46,237 bases of DNA from Armatimonadota bacterium (GTDB lineage Bacteria; Armatimonadota; Fervidibacteria; Fervidibacterales; Fervidibacteraceae), in assembly GCA_025060305.1 (NCBI GenBank), contig JANXCD010000001.1, forward strand, positions 1 to 46,237, read 5' to 3'. This document shows, piece after piece, positions 9,491 to 20,553 of this stretch; positions within the stretch are counted from its first letter, which is position 1; each line of letters begins with the position of its first letter. The notes under the pieces are model-generated. The model was not told the origin of the DNA, made no database searches, and saw nothing but the letters and a program-made list of their open reading frames with translations. The translations under genes and the position numbers were made by a program.

Positions 9491-11332
9491 TCAGGGAACT
9501 TGAGTTAAAACAATATCTGTCAAATGACGATACAAGTCTGATGGGTCAGTAAAGAGCAAGTAAGCGTCAATGGATTTGTCATGGCGCTCAACTTGCAAAC
9601 TCACTTCATTCCAACCTTGCTTCATAGTAACTTGGACATAATGGCTTGCAGGTCCTTGCTGTCCTGGTTTGACGAAATAATCAGGTTGATGGGTGTTTAA
9701 GACTTCGGCATCATTGAACTCAAGTTTGAATTTGGCATTGCATGGAAACCCGAGAGTGACTTTTTGGTGTTTTGGAGCCCAAACCCAAATTTTTGCTTCA
9801 ACTTTTCCAGGTTTTCCACCCAGCCATCGTTCCAAAGGCAATTGGCTTTCAGGCAACCATTCTGTTTGCCAATCTCCACCATTGCGCCGAACGAACCATC
9901 GTCGCTCACCGATAAGCGTTACTGGCACAGCAAATTCCGAAGGTCGTTCTTGCACTCTGACTTGACACCAAAGGGTTTGAGTTTGTGGCAATCTAACTGG
10001 AGCAAAAATGTTGGCGTTTATGCCTACAACTCCTTTTGCTGGCAAAGTCACTGACGACCTCATAGGTTCAACTCGCCAATCGCTTGGGACATCCCAAACA
10101 AGCGATACAGTCAAGGAGATAGGTTCTCGGTTTCGCAGCCAAATCGTCATTGCTTTCGCTGCTTCAGGGTTGATAGTTGGCAAGCCTTTGTAATCCACGC
10201 TGACTTTCACCGCATTCAAAGCAAAATCAACTCGCCAAGGTTGATTGTTGCGCTCCCAAAGTTCGTAAATGGTGTCATCAGGTTTGAGCCAATCATCAGG
10301 CAAATCCTTCAAGTCTGTTGGGGCATCAGTAATGTGGACAGGAGAGCCATGCCAAGCCAAAATCCTTTGAGCAGCAGCCACAACTTCATCAGTCAGAACC
10401 CTCACATCTGGCAAAGGGATAATGTTTCTAATTCCGCCCCAACTTAGGTTGGTCGCAATCGTTTCGCCTAACGGCTCAGCCCACTTCTTTGGAACTTCGC
10501 CCAGCAAAACGCCCATGACTGAACCAGCAGTTGCGCCAGTGCAATCAGTGTCTTGACCGCAGTTGACGGCAGTCGTGATTGCTTTTCCGAAATCACCATC
10601 GCTTGCCAACAATCCCAAAACAGTAAACGCCAAATTTTGCGGTGCATGAGTCGGTTCATGATGCCAATACTTTTCGGCGATTTTCTCACGAACTTTCAAC
10701 CAATCCTTTAACTCTTTCCACCATTTTCTTGTATCGTTGATGGCTTTTGCAATTAGACAATCTTGCGGTATGAAGGCTAAAGCCAAGTCTAAGGCTTCAT
10801 CTAAATCATGTTTGACGAAGACGATGCTTTCCAAAGCAGCGTTGAACATTTCGCCCCAAACCCCTTCACCCCCTGCATGGTCAACGATTGCATCTTCAAA
10901 AGCAAAACGAACGGCAAGTCTGGGCGATGCAGGAGCAAGGCAAGCCCAAATTTCCGAGCGAATCGGTGAGCCCATGCAATCGTTCCAAAAGTCGTTATCG
11001 TAAATGCCAGAAAGTGGCGGAAGCAATCCCCAACGCAAGTTCCTTTTTGCAATGCCATATTCGCACCAATTGTAACCGATATGGGTAAGCCACGCTTGAG
11101 CCAAAACATTTGCGCTAATTTGCCAATTTTTTCGCTTGACCGCATCAAGCCAAACAAGTTGCATCTCTAAATCATCGTTGGGTATTCCGCCTTCTTGCAG
11201 TTTCGGATACCAGTCAAAGTTGTGCGGACCTGGTTGACCTTCAACAGGTGCACCCAAAGTGCCACCAGCATTTTTGCCCATCCAACACGCATAAGTTCGC
11301 TTCCAAACCTCCTCTCGGTTCAACACTGCCAT
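9491..11332 (-). CDS. ADP-ribosylglycohydrolase family protein with long C-terminal beta-rich extension
   Basis: GGTLGAPVEG, PNDDL, MGSPIRSEIW, GQDTDCTGATAG; likely start ATG 11332 after GGGGGAG. Confidence 0.85.
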   Translation of the reverse strand: MAVLNREEVWKRTYACWMGKNAGGTLGAPVEGQPGPHNFDWYPKLQEGGIPNDDLEMQLVWLDAVKRKNWQISANVLAQAWLTHIGYNWCEYGIAKRNLRWGLLPPLSGIYDNDFWNDCMGSPIRSEIWACLAPASPRLAVRFAFEDAIVDHAGGEGVWGEMFNAALESIVFVKHDLDEALDLALAFIPQDCLIAKAINDTRKWWKELKDWLKVREKIAEKYWHHEPTHAPQNLAFTVLGLLASDGDFGKAITTAVNCGQDTDCTGATAGSVMGVLLGEVPKKWAEPLGETIATNLSWGGIRNIIPLPDVRVLTDEVVAAAQRILAWHGSPVHITDAPTDLKDLPDDWLKPDDTIYELWERNNQPWRVDFALNAVKVSVDYKGLPTINPEAAKAMTIWLRNREPISLTVSLVWDVPSDWRVEPMRSSVTLPAKGVVGINANIFAPVRLPQTQTLWCQVRVQERPSEFAVPVTLIGERRWFVRRNGGDWQTEWLPESQLPLERWLGGKPGKVEAKIWVWAPKHQKVTLGFPCNAKFKLEFNDAEVLNTHQPDYFVKPGQQGPASHYVQVTMKQGWNEVSLQVERHDKSIDAYLLFTDPSDLYRHLTDIVLTQVP

Positions 11333-11679
11333 CTTTTTCTCCCCCTTGATTAGGTTTAGTTTCGTTTTCTTGCTCAAAAGCAACTTTTAAGTTTATCGTG
11401 AATTCATGCAATCCGTTTGATTGGAAAAACATCGCTTTTTTGACACTCCGATTTCTTTGTTAGGCATTAGCACAAACTTGTAAATTTCCTTCACGGTTAT
11501 CCGAAAGCCAACACTACACTGCACTATGTTCAATTTGGCTCAAGGTTAAGAAGTGAAATTGATTGTCTATCAGAAAAAAACGGGTGGAATTCGCTTGCAA
11601 GTTTTTCGTGCAGGTTTCAACTGCCACACGAGTTTTCTCAAAGTCGCTTGAAACTAAGACTGGTATGATGTTTGCCTTC

Positions 11680-12309
11680 TCATTCCTCTGTTTCTTTTGC
11701 TTCCTTAACAGCATCAAACCCTTCCTTTACAAGCACAGGCAACATGAGAAGAGCAGCAATTGAGTCAGCCCACCACCATCCTAAAGTGGCATTCAAAACA
11801 AGCCCAAGCAGCAGAGTGAAAGAAAGGTAGGCACAAACAATTGTCTCTGTTGCATCTGCTTCAAGGGCTTTGCTTTCAATTCGTTCTGCGACTTGCCTTT
11901 TGTTCCACGCCAACAAAGGCATGACGATGAGCGATGCGATTGCAAGTGCAATGCCAATCGTGCTTGATTGTGGTACTTCATTGGCTACGAGTTTTCCGAT
12001 TGCCTCATAGGCAATGTAGGCAGCAAGCAACCAAAAAGTCAAACCGACACCCAAAAGTGCTTTACCTTCCAATTCTTTTGCTCGCTCAACTTTTGTTCCG
12101 ATCAGTTCCCTTTTGAGCCTCCAAAGCAAAATTGCACCTGAAATTGATTCAATCACGCTGTCAAGTCCGAAGCCGATCAAAGCAATTGAACCTGCAAGCC
12201 AACCTGCAATTATGGCGACGAAGGCTTCAATAACATTCCAGCCAAGCGTGAAATACTCAAGCATCACACCCTTTTGAAGCCAAACCGTCCTTTTGCTTGA
12301 CAATTTCAT
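11680..12309 (-). CDS. Short cation diffusion facilitator-like transporter (TM domain only)
   Basis: WNVIEA, GSIALIGFGLDSVIE, ALEADA, LGWWWADS; likely ATG 12309 after GAAGGTG. Confidence 0.82.
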   Translation of the reverse strand: MKLSSKRTVWLQKGVMLEYFTLGWNVIEAFVAIIAGWLAGSIALIGFGLDSVIESISGAILLWRLKRELIGTKVERAKELEGKALLGVGLTFWLLAAYIAYEAIGKLVANEVPQSSTIGIALAIASLIVMPLLAWNKRQVAERIESKALEADATETIVCAYLSFTLLLGLVLNATLGWWWADSIAALLMLPVLVKEGFDAVKEAKETEE

Positions 12310-12388
12310 CACCTTCCAAAAGAGCAGCACTGTTATACAGTGCAAGCGATAAAATTTTGTCATGGTCTAAAAACGAAGAAAGGAGTGG

Positions 12389-13729
12389 ATGGTCATGGGT
12401 TGGAGAGTGGGTTTCGGTGAGTCTGAAATCACTCCGCCTATTGGAGTTTGGTTGACAGGTTTTGCCAACCGAATAAAACCCTGTGACGACATTCACGACC
12501 CACTTTTGGCAAGGGCATTCGTGATTGAAAACAGTCAAAGGGAAAGGGCAGCAATACTTGCCCTTGACTTAATTGCTTTGACAGAAGAACAAGTTTTAGT
12601 GCTTCGCAAACTCGTCCGAGATTGGACTGGCATTCAGCCTCAAAACTTGCTTATCAACTGCTCCCACACTCACTCAGCGCCAGCCGTTGGTGAACTTGCT
12701 CCATCGTGCATGGGCATTCCAGACAGAAACTACCTTGATGTCGCCATCCGAAAGGCTGCTACAGCAGTGAAACTTGCTTGTGACAACATGTTCGGCTCAA
12801 AATTGTTTTTCGGGACAGCCGAATGCCAAGTCGGAATCAACCGAAGGCAAAGAAACCCTGATGGTCGTATCGTCATCGGTCAAAACCCCGAAGGTGTTGT
12901 TGACCACCAAGTCAGCGTTTTGGCTGCTAATCTTGATGGCAATGGTTTATGGTTTATCGCTTTTTCCTATGCTTGCCATCCCGTAGTGCTTGGTGGTGAC
13001 AATTATTCAGTCACTGCCGATTATGTCCACTTTGCACGCCAATCAGTTGAAGACTTCTTCAACGGTAGTGCCTTTACGATGTTTTTGCAAGGTTGTTCTG
13101 GCGACATTAATCCGAAGGAGCGGGGCAACTTTGAAATTGCTCAAAAACTGGGTCGTGAATTGGCTTTAAGTGTTTTGCAAGCGATGCTGAAATTAGAACA
13201 TATTGAAGATGGTCCGATAACTGGAGTTATCAGCACATTGAATCTTCCCTTATTGCCGCCTCCGAACCAAAAACAATTGCGAGAGCATCAAAGGCAATCT
13301 CGTGAAGCAGCGAAAGTGGCTAAAAAAGAAGGTCACATGAGCGAAGCACAGTGGAGAGTTTGTGAAGCCGAATGGGCAAGCCAAATTTTGGAATCAATGC
13401 GTAACAATTCTCTGCCAACCAGTGAAAAGATGAACGCTCAAGTTTTGAGGATTGGCAATATCGCTTTCGCTAACCTTGCTTCTGAAGTTTTCGCTGAAAT
13501 TGGGATTAATGTCAAATCCCATTCCCCTTTTGCTCACACTTTTGCACTCGGTTACACTAACGGTTGTATCGGTTACTTGCCGACAGCAAAAGCCTACGAA
13601 GAGGGTGGCTATGAAGTTGAGCAAGCCTTTAAGTTCTACGGTCGCTTGATGATGCACGCTCCTGAAAGTGAAAAAATCGCTACCGATTGGTTAATCCGCA
13701 ATTTGAAAAAAGTTGCGAATTCTCGCTAA
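12389..13729 (+). CDS. Neutral/alkaline ceramidase N-terminal-domain family hydrolase
   Basis: ITPP.G..L.GF, HDPLLARA, SHTHSAP, YACHP, QGCSGDINP, GYTNGCIGYLPT..AYEEGGYE. Confidence 0.82.
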   Translation: MVMGWRVGFGESEITPPIGVWLTGFANRIKPCDDIHDPLLARAFVIENSQRERAAILALDLIALTEEQVLVLRKLVRDWTGIQPQNLLINCSHTHSAPAVGELAPSCMGIPDRNYLDVAIRKAATAVKLACDNMFGSKLFFGTAECQVGINRRQRNPDGRIVIGQNPEGVVDHQVSVLAANLDGNGLWFIAFSYACHPVVLGGDNYSVTADYVHFARQSVEDFFNGSAFTMFLQGCSGDINPKERGNFEIAQKLGRELALSVLQAMLKLEHIEDGPITGVISTLNLPLLPPPNQKQLREHQRQSREAAKVAKKEGHMSEAQWRVCEAEWASQILESMRNNSLPTSEKMNAQVLRIGNIAFANLASEVFAEIGINVKSHSPFAHTFALGYTNGCIGYLPTAKAYEEGGYEVEQAFKFYGRLMMHAPESEKIATDWLIRNLKKVANSR

Positions 13730-13865
13730 TCGTAGAGCAAGGTTAATGCCAAGCCCAAAAAATTTAGCCCGCTTAAGGCGTATCTTCCAATTTAACGAAA
13801 AACTGGAGCAAAATTTAGCATTCGCATAGTGAAGTTCTATTCAAATTTTCAGAAAGCAGGTTTGC

Positions 13866-14315
13866 TTAAAATTGCTTTTGGCTGTCAAGGAGCAAAGTGA
13901 TTGGACCGTCGTTTATGAGCCCGACATGCATGTGAGCCTGAAAGACACCCATTTGCACTGGCACGCCTTCTGCCTTCAGGAAATCGCAAAAGCGCAAGTA
14001 AAGTTGGTTGGCAATTTCTGGTGGAGCAGCATCGGTAAATGAAGGTCGTCGTCCCTTGCGGCAATCGCCGTAAAGGGTAAAGTTGGACACCACCAAAACG
14101 CTACCACCAATTTCAAGCACTGATTTGTTGAGTTTTCCTTCTTCGTCTTCAAAAACTCGCAAGTTGGCAACTTTGTTGGCAAGGTATTTTGCGTCTTCTT
14201 CACTGTCAACTTGCCCTACACCGAGCAAGACGAGCAAACCCTTTCCTATCCTTGCAACTTCTTGTCCTTCAATTTCAACCCATGCTTCGGAAACCCTTTG
14301 CACAACTGCTCTCAT
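13866..14315 (-). CDS. dtd: D-aminoacyl-tRNA deacylase
   Basis: [30 protein letters not shown]. Confidence 0.95.
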   Translation of the reverse strand: MRAVVQRVSEAWVEIEGQEVARIGKGLLVLLGVGQVDSEEDAKYLANKVANLRVFEDEEGKLNKSVLEIGGSVLVVSNFTLYGDCRKGRRPSFTDAAPPEIANQLYLRFCDFLKAEGVPVQMGVFQAHMHVGLINDGPITLLLDSQKQF

Positions 14316-14341
14316 TTTTTGCACCTCCGAAAGTCGGAGCA

Positions 14342-15247
14342 TCACAAATTCGGCAAATCAATAGGGATACCGTTTTGTTCTGCTGATTGCTTTGAGCCTT
14401 CAATGAAAGCGATGATTTGCAGCGTCTCAGAAATTTCAATCGGTTGCTTGCGAGTTTGAAACATTTCCACAACTCGCTTGAGCAACTCACGGTAAATGTA
14501 GCGAATATCAATTGCCGTTGACCATGCTTGCTTTTCGCATAAGACTGTGAAGCCATAAGCGTGAGCACCTTTGCGAATGCCTCTCATCGTTCCGATGAGC
14601 CCGTCTTCCCATTCGCCGACAACAACTTCGCCATCGTCGTGGTAAACGCATCTAACCCTTCGGCATCCTTTGCCCATGAGCGCAAAAAGCGTTTCAACCC
14701 CGTGAATGCCGTAGTGGAACAAGCCAGGGTTGCGTGGATGCGTCGGCGCTGGCGAAAAAGCATCGGCACCGATGACTTTGCCCCATTCGCTCTTTTGCTC
14801 GTGAACCCTTTGCACTTCTAAAGCGTATCGCAACGACGAACTTGAAAACAAAGGAGCGTTGTGCCTTTCAGCGATTTCAGCCATCAAAAGGGCATCGTGA
14901 AGGGAACAGGCAAAAGGTTTGTCAACGAAGACAGGCATCCCCGCTTCAAGGAAAGGTTTCGCTCGTTCCAAATGAACACTTCCATCTTGCGACAGCACCA
15001 TGACAGCATCAACCAAACTTCGCAATTCATCCAAACTTTCAGCGAAACTGATGCCTAACTCTTCTTGCAAAATTCTGTTGTATTCACGATGATGCTCTTC
15101 GGGAGTGATAGCGGAAGGTGCTGTCCACGCTGCCACAACTTTTGCGCCCTCAACCCACTGCTCTTCGGCAATGCCGATGTGATTTAACCTTTTGGTGAAC
15201 TCAACCGCATGAGAAGTGTCCGTGTCCACAATTCCAACCCGCACCAT
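14342..15247 (-). CDS. Gfo/Idh/MocA family NAD(P)-dependent oxidoreductase
   Basis: N-terminal Rossmann-like region, FVDKPFA, SSSSLRY, HYGIHG. Confidence 0.85.
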   Translation of the reverse strand: MVRVGIVDTDTSHAVEFTKRLNHIGIAEEQWVEGAKVVAAWTAPSAITPEEHHREYNRILQEELGISFAESLDELRSLVDAVMVLSQDGSVHLERAKPFLEAGMPVFVDKPFACSLHDALLMAEIAERHNAPLFSSSSLRYALEVQRVHEQKSEWGKVIGADAFSPAPTHPRNPGLFHYGIHGVETLFALMGKGCRRVRCVYHDDGEVVVGEWEDGLIGTMRGIRKGAHAYGFTVLCEKQAWSTAIDIRYIYRELLKRVVEMFQTRKQPIEISETLQIIAFIEGSKQSAEQNGIPIDLPNL

Positions 15248-15620
15248 TCCTTTCGCCTCCTTTGACCACTTTTTCGGAAAATTTTGAACTCTTAAATCCT
15301 TCTAAACGATGGCACAGTTTGAGGGTGAAAGGAATGGCTCATTTAGGTTAACCTTAACTGTGAATTCCATCTGCGTTGGCTGAAAGCCGATGCTGAATTT
15401 TTGTCAACTTGCCCATTTGTCTGCTAAAGTTCGGCAAAGTATGAGTTTTGAACAATTGCTGAAAAATTGTTGCAGAAAAATTCAGTTAACTTCAGTTGAC
15501 TTTGGACTCACCTATTTACATAAGCACAAATGGTCGTTAAAATTGCGTCCAGATTTCAAATTTTGCGAAGAATTTTTGCGCTTTTAAAGAAAAGGCGCAG
15601 TTTCAAGGAGGTTCATTTTC

Positions 15621-18179
15621 ATGAGGCGCACTGTGGCGCTTTTGATGCTTTTTTCTTTTTCGCTTTGGATGATTTCGCCTTTGACATCAGAGGCACGAAA
15701 ACAAAAGCCCTCCGATAAATCCGCTCACTCTGCCTCATCAAAATCTGGAGCGAAACAACCAAATAATTTCCCTTCATCACAACAGAAAATTGATTGGCTT
15801 GGCTTGCGGATTGAGCCAAATGATTTAACCTTGCCCAACCGATATTTCACAGTGCAATTGGTCGTTCTCGCTCGCCAAAAGGACGGTCGCTTAGTGGATG
15901 TCACATCACAGGCTAAACTTCGTTCGGAAAATGAAAAAGTTGCAACCGTTGATGCCAATGGAATTGTTGAGCCGAAAGGGAATGGCAAAACCTTCATCTT
16001 CGCTTCTTTTAGAGGCTTAACTGCAAAGGCATCTGTAACTGTCCAAAACTTTACAGAGGAATTCCCGATTTCCTTCGTCAATGATGTTTTGCCAGTTTTA
16101 AGCAAAGCAGGATGTAGCCAAACAGGTTGTCACGGTTCGCCGAGAGGCAAAAATGGTTTCAAACTTTCACTTTTTGCAGCCGAACCTGATTTGGATTACA
16201 TTGCTTTGGCAAAGCAATATCAGATGCGCCGTGTCAACCGTGTTGAGCCAGAAAAGAGCCTGTTCTTGCTGAAGGCAACAGGCAGCATCCCTCACGGCGG
16301 CGGCGAACGCATCAAAGTCGGTTCGCTTGATTACCTTTTGCTTTTGGACTGGTTGCAACAAGGTTTGCCCTACAACACTGAAAATCAGCCAAGTTTGGTT
16401 TCGGTTGAAGTTAAACCCAAAGAAGCCACATTGAAAGCCAACGAAGGTTTGCAATTTCGTGTGATAGCCAAATACTCTGACCAATCGGTTCGTGATGTAA
16501 CTCGTTTAACTCAATTTGTTTCCAACACACCTTCTGTCGCTTCTGTGGACAAAAATGGGAGATTGCAAGTTAAAGGTTATGGTGAAGCCGTCATTCTTGC
16601 TGTTTACATGGGCAAAATGGACATCGCTTACATTGCTGTCCCGCAGCCTTTGCCACCTGAAGCGGAAAAACTTTTCGCCGAATTTAAGCCCAACAACCGC
16701 ATTGACGAGTTGGTACTTGCCAAGTTGCGCAAGTTGGGCATCCCACCATCTCCGCTGACCAGTGATGAGGAGTTCATACGCCGTGTTTATTTGGACGCTA
16801 TTGGCACATTGCCCACTCCTGATGAAGTTCGTCAATTCCTTTCAGACAAAGACCCAAAAAAGAGAGAGAAGTTGATTGACGCTCTTTTGCAGCGACCAGA
16901 ATTTGTTGACTTTTGGACCCTCAAATGGTGCGACCTTTTGAGGGTCAAAAGGGACTTTCCTATCCACCTTTGGGACAAAGGTATGTGGCAGTTTTATCGC
17001 TTCGTTCGTGAAAGTATAGCCAAAAACAAACCTTATGATCAATTTGTCCGTGAGTTGATTTTAAGCGAAGGCAGCGGTTACAGAAAAGGAATTGCCAACT
17101 TTTATCGTGCTGTTCCCGAGCGAGAACCTAAGACTTGGGCAGAAGCGGTTTCAATGGTTTTCATGGGTGTTCGCTTGGATTGCGCTCGTTGCCATAGTCA
17201 TCCCTACGAACCTTGGGGTCAAAAAGACCATCACGGTTTGGCTGCCTTTTTTGCTAAAGTTGGCATCAAAGATACACCTGAATGGGGTGAACAAATCGTT
17301 TTCTTCCGACCAGAAGGTGCTTTCCATCACTCACGAACAGGTGAAGTCGTTAAGCCGAAGTTTTTAGACAGCAACCAACCCTTAGAACTTGATGGTTCTG
17401 ACCCACGAATTGCTTTTGTCAATTGGTTGACTTCACCTGAAAACCCTTATTTTGCCCGAAGCATTGTCAACCGGATTTGGTTTTGGCTTTTTGGTCGTGG
17501 CATCGTTCACGAACCTGATGACTTTCGTGCTTCCAATCCACCTTCTAACCCCGAACTTTTGGACTTCTTGGCACAGGAGTTGATAAGCAACGGTTACAAC
17601 TTGCGACATATCTTTCGGCTCATTTTGAATTCCCGCACTTACCAGACAAGTAGCAAAATCAGCGAATGGAACAAAAGTGAACAAGCCCTCGCCCATTTCG
17701 CCCGTTACCCTGTCAAACGCTTGATGGCTGAGCAACTTTTGGATGCCATCTCGCAAGTATGTGAACACGCTGAAAAGTTTCCAGGGTTGCCTTGGGGCTT
17801 CCGTGCCATTCAACTGCCTGACAGTCGTGTGCCTTCCTACTTCCTTGACTTGTTTGGTCGTCCTGAAAGGGACATAAGTTGCGAATGTGAGCGCAAATCA
17901 GAAACAGCATTGCAACATGCCCTTTATCTTGTCAGCAGTGAGCATTTGGAACGGAAAGTTCGGGACGGACAACGCATCAAACGATTGCTACAATCAGGAG
18001 CAACAGACGAAGCCATCTTGGAAGATTTGTGGTTGGCAGCCTTAGCCCGTTCGCCAAACGATGAAGAAAAACACAAAGTGCTATCTTATGTCCGTGAAAG
18101 AGAGAAGCAAAGGGAGCAGGCATGGCAGGATGTTTTGTGGGCTTTGCTCAACACTAAGGAGTTTCTGTTCAACCACTGA
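15621..18179 (+). CDS. Secreted DUF1549/DUF1553 protein with Ig-like (Big_2) repeats and heme-binding-like Cys motifs
   Basis: Signal peptide; ISFVNDVLPVLSKAGCSQTGCHG; DEEFIRRVYLDAIGTLPT; CARCHSHP; NRIWFWLFGRGIVH; NTKEFLFNH. Confidence 0.9.
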   Translation: MRRTVALLMLFSFSLWMISPLTSEARKQKPSDKSAHSASSKSGAKQPNNFPSSQQKIDWLGLRIEPNDLTLPNRYFTVQLVVLARQKDGRLVDVTSQAKLRSENEKVATVDANGIVEPKGNGKTFIFASFRGLTAKASVTVQNFTEEFPISFVNDVLPVLSKAGCSQTGCHGSPRGKNGFKLSLFAAEPDLDYIALAKQYQMRRVNRVEPEKSLFLLKATGSIPHGGGERIKVGSLDYLLLLDWLQQGLPYNTENQPSLVSVEVKPKEATLKANEGLQFRVIAKYSDQSVRDVTRLTQFVSNTPSVASVDKNGRLQVKGYGEAVILAVYMGKMDIAYIAVPQPLPPEAEKLFAEFKPNNRIDELVLAKLRKLGIPPSPLTSDEEFIRRVYLDAIGTLPTPDEVRQFLSDKDPKKREKLIDALLQRPEFVDFWTLKWCDLLRVKRDFPIHLWDKGMWQFYRFVRESIAKNKPYDQFVRELILSEGSGYRKGIANFYRAVPEREPKTWAEAVSMVFMGVRLDCARCHSHPYEPWGQKDHHGLAAFFAKVGIKDTPEWGEQIVFFRPEGAFHHSRTGEVVKPKFLDSNQPLELDGSDPRIAFVNWLTSPENPYFARSIVNRIWFWLFGRGIVHEPDDFRASNPPSNPELLDFLAQELISNGYNLRHIFRLILNSRTYQTSSKISEWNKSEQALAHFARYPVKRLMAEQLLDAISQVCEHAEKFPGLPWGFRAIQLPDSRVPSYFLDLFGRPERDISCECERKSETALQHALYLVSSEHLERKVRDGQRIKRLLQSGATDEAILEDLWLAALARSPNDEEKHKVLSYVREREKQREQAWQDVLWALLNTKEFLFNH

Positions 18180-18298
18180 CCATGCTGCTCTTCTAATTGT
18201 TTTTCTTGCAGGTTTGGTTTCTGCTTAGCCGAAGAAGGTGCTAACTTTTGGGCTGGGCAAAATGCGATTGAGCAACTAAATCAAAGGAGGCGGTAAAA

Positions 18299-19645
18299 AT
18301 GTTAGAGTTTTGCACTGGGATACATAAAACCTGCGATGGCATAACGAGGCGTGAATTTTTGCGTATTGGAACTCTTTCCCTTTTGGGAGTGACGATGGCG
18401 GACTTGTTTCGCATGAAAGCATACGGGCAAGCCAAAGATGGACATGCTAAAGCCGTAATCCAAATCTGGCTTAGTGGCGGTCCTTCTCACCTTGACACCT
18501 TTGACCCTAAACCTGAAGCGCCCGAAGACTACCGAGGTTCACTTAAGGCTATTGAGACTAATGTCTCTGGCATACGAATATCTGAGTGGCTTCCCAATTT
18601 AGCACGATGTGCTGATAAATATTCGCTTATTCGCAGCCTAACTCATATTTCGCCTGCCCACGAATTGGCAACTCACATTGTTATTTCAGGCAATATTCCC
18701 AGTGGCGATTTAGTCTTTCCCAGCATGGGTTCAGTTGTTGCTTGGGCTAAAGGTTCGCCTAACGAATTGCCACCTTACATCGCTATTCCTGACCCAGCGC
18801 CTTGGTATGGCGAGGCTGGTTTTCTTGGAGGGCGATACAAGCCATTTGCTGTCCGAAGTGACCCTAACGACCCTAACTTCAAAGTTCAAGGACTTACACC
18901 ACCACATGGCGTGACGACTGAGCGCATCACTGACCGAAGAAATTTGCTTCAAGCCATTGACAATTTGGCTCGCAAGGTAGAAGCCTCTGGGCTTTTTGAT
19001 GTTGTTGACAGTTTCTATCAAAGGGCTTTCGGTTTGCTTCTCGGCGAAGCCAAAAAGGCTTTTGAACTTTCTCAGGAAAAGGAAGAAGTTCGCAACAAAT
19101 ATGGTCGCAACACCTTCGGTCAATCTTGCCTTTTGGCTCGCAGGTTAGTTGAAGCAGGAGTTCCTTTCGTCACTGTCCACATGGGCGGTTGGGATACTCA
19201 TTACAAAAACTTTGATGAACTTAGCAAGCGTGTCCCCATTCTTGATCGTGGTTTGTCAGCGTTGTTGGAGGATTTGGCTCAAAGAGGCTTGTTGAAAGAG
19301 ACTATTGTTGTTTGCGTCGGTGAATTTGGACGAACACCTAAAATTGACTGGTCATCTCAATGGCAAGGCGGGCGACATCACTGGAATCATGTCTTCAGCG
19401 CTTTGGTCGCAGGTGGAGGCTTTGAAGGCGGACAAGTTGTGGGAGAAAGCGACGAAAAGGGAGAATTCGTTAAAAACAGACCCGTTTATCCTTGGGATTT
19501 GGCAGCAAGCATTTACACCTTGCTTGGCATTGACTACAACCAGCGCTTACCCAACCCGCAGGGGCGAGTCGCTTATATTACTCCACACCGCTTGGGAGTT
19601 GAGAGTGGAGGACTGCTCAAAGAAATCATGCCATCAACAAAGTAA
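18299..19645 (+). CDS. DUF1501 domain protein with Tat-like signal
   Basis: ITRREFLRIG, GGPSHLDTFDPKP, LLARRLVEAGV, WDTH, GEFGRTP, GRHHW. Confidence 0.92.
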   Translation: MLEFCTGIHKTCDGITRREFLRIGTLSLLGVTMADLFRMKAYGQAKDGHAKAVIQIWLSGGPSHLDTFDPKPEAPEDYRGSLKAIETNVSGIRISEWLPNLARCADKYSLIRSLTHISPAHELATHIVISGNIPSGDLVFPSMGSVVAWAKGSPNELPPYIAIPDPAPWYGEAGFLGGRYKPFAVRSDPNDPNFKVQGLTPPHGVTTERITDRRNLLQAIDNLARKVEASGLFDVVDSFYQRAFGLLLGEAKKAFELSQEKEEVRNKYGRNTFGQSCLLARRLVEAGVPFVTVHMGGWDTHYKNFDELSKRVPILDRGLSALLEDLAQRGLLKETIVVCVGEFGRTPKIDWSSQWQGGRHHWNHVFSALVAGGGFEGGQVVGESDEKGEFVKNRPVYPWDLAASIYTLLGIDYNQRLPNPQGRVAYITPHRLGVESGGLLKEIMPSTK

Positions 19646-19651
19646 GGGCGA

Positions 19652-19763
19652 CGCTCTTTAGTCAAAAGTTTGCTGTTGCATTGTAAGTTTGAAATCTGGC
19701 ACAAGCGAAAATCAGTGCCACAATGAAAAAATCGGCAAGATTTGTTGGCATCGCTCTTTACTA
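19652..19763. repeat. Two left-end fragments of the MITE-like family
   Basis: CGCTCTTTAGTCAAAAGTTTGCTG at 19652 and CGCTCTTTACTA at 19752. Confidence 0.5.
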
Positions 19764-19802
19764 CTAAACTTTTGTGAATTCCAAGACAAAGGAGAGAGAA
19801 AA

Positions 19803-20534
19803 ATGCTGGTCAAAGTTCGCATACTTCGCTTTGACCCAGAAAAGGACGGAAAGCCTCATTGGCAGTCTTTTGAGGTTGAAGCCGAACCTACTGACCGAGT
19901 TTTGGATGTTTTGCACTACATTCGTGACGACATTGATGGGACTTTGGCTTTTCGGCGTTCATGCGGACATGGAATTTGTGGCTCAGATGCAATGGTCATT
20001 AACGGCAAAAACAGACTGGCTTGTAAAACTTTAGTCAAGGAACTGAAACAACCTATCAGCATTGAGCCTTTGCGAGGCTTTCGGGTTATCAAAGACCTCA
20101 TTGTTGATATGGAGAAATTTTTCGCTAAATATCGTGCTGTCATGCCTTATCTGATAAACGAAGAGCCACCACCTAAAACCGAAAGGTTACAATCACCTGA
20201 AGAAAGGGAGCGTTTTGACGATACAACAAAATGCATCCTTTGCGCTTGTTGCACCACTGGTTGTCCTGTCTTTTGGGCTAACAGTGAATATCTTGGGCCT
20301 GCTGCTCTTGTTGCTGCTCATCGTTTCATCTTTGACAGCCGTGACCGAGCAGCCTACGAAAGGCTTCAAGTTTTGGCTCAATATGGTGGTGTCTTCACTT
20401 GTCGGACAACTTTCAATTGCGTTGACGCTTGCCCTCGTGGAATCAATGTGACAAAGGCAATTTTGGAACTCAGGCAAGTAATTTTGACTGGCGAAGTCCC
20501 TCAACCTTCTGAACCTTCATTTGCCAAAAGGTGA
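19803..20534 (+). CDS. sdhB: Succinate dehydrogenase/fumarate reductase iron-sulfur subunit
   Basis: RRSCGHGICGSD, RLAC, CILCACCTTGCP, CRTTFNCVDACP; ATG 19803 after GGAG. Confidence 0.95.
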   Translation: MLVKVRILRFDPEKDGKPHWQSFEVEAEPTDRVLDVLHYIRDDIDGTLAFRRSCGHGICGSDAMVINGKNRLACKTLVKELKQPISIEPLRGFRVIKDLIVDMEKFFAKYRAVMPYLINEEPPPKTERLQSPEERERFDDTTKCILCACCTTGCPVFWANSEYLGPAALVAAHRFIFDSRDRAAYERLQVLAQYGGVFTCRTTFNCVDACPRGINVTKAILELRQVILTGEVPQPSEPSFAKR

Positions 20535-20553
20535 ACTGAAAAGGGGAAGGGTC

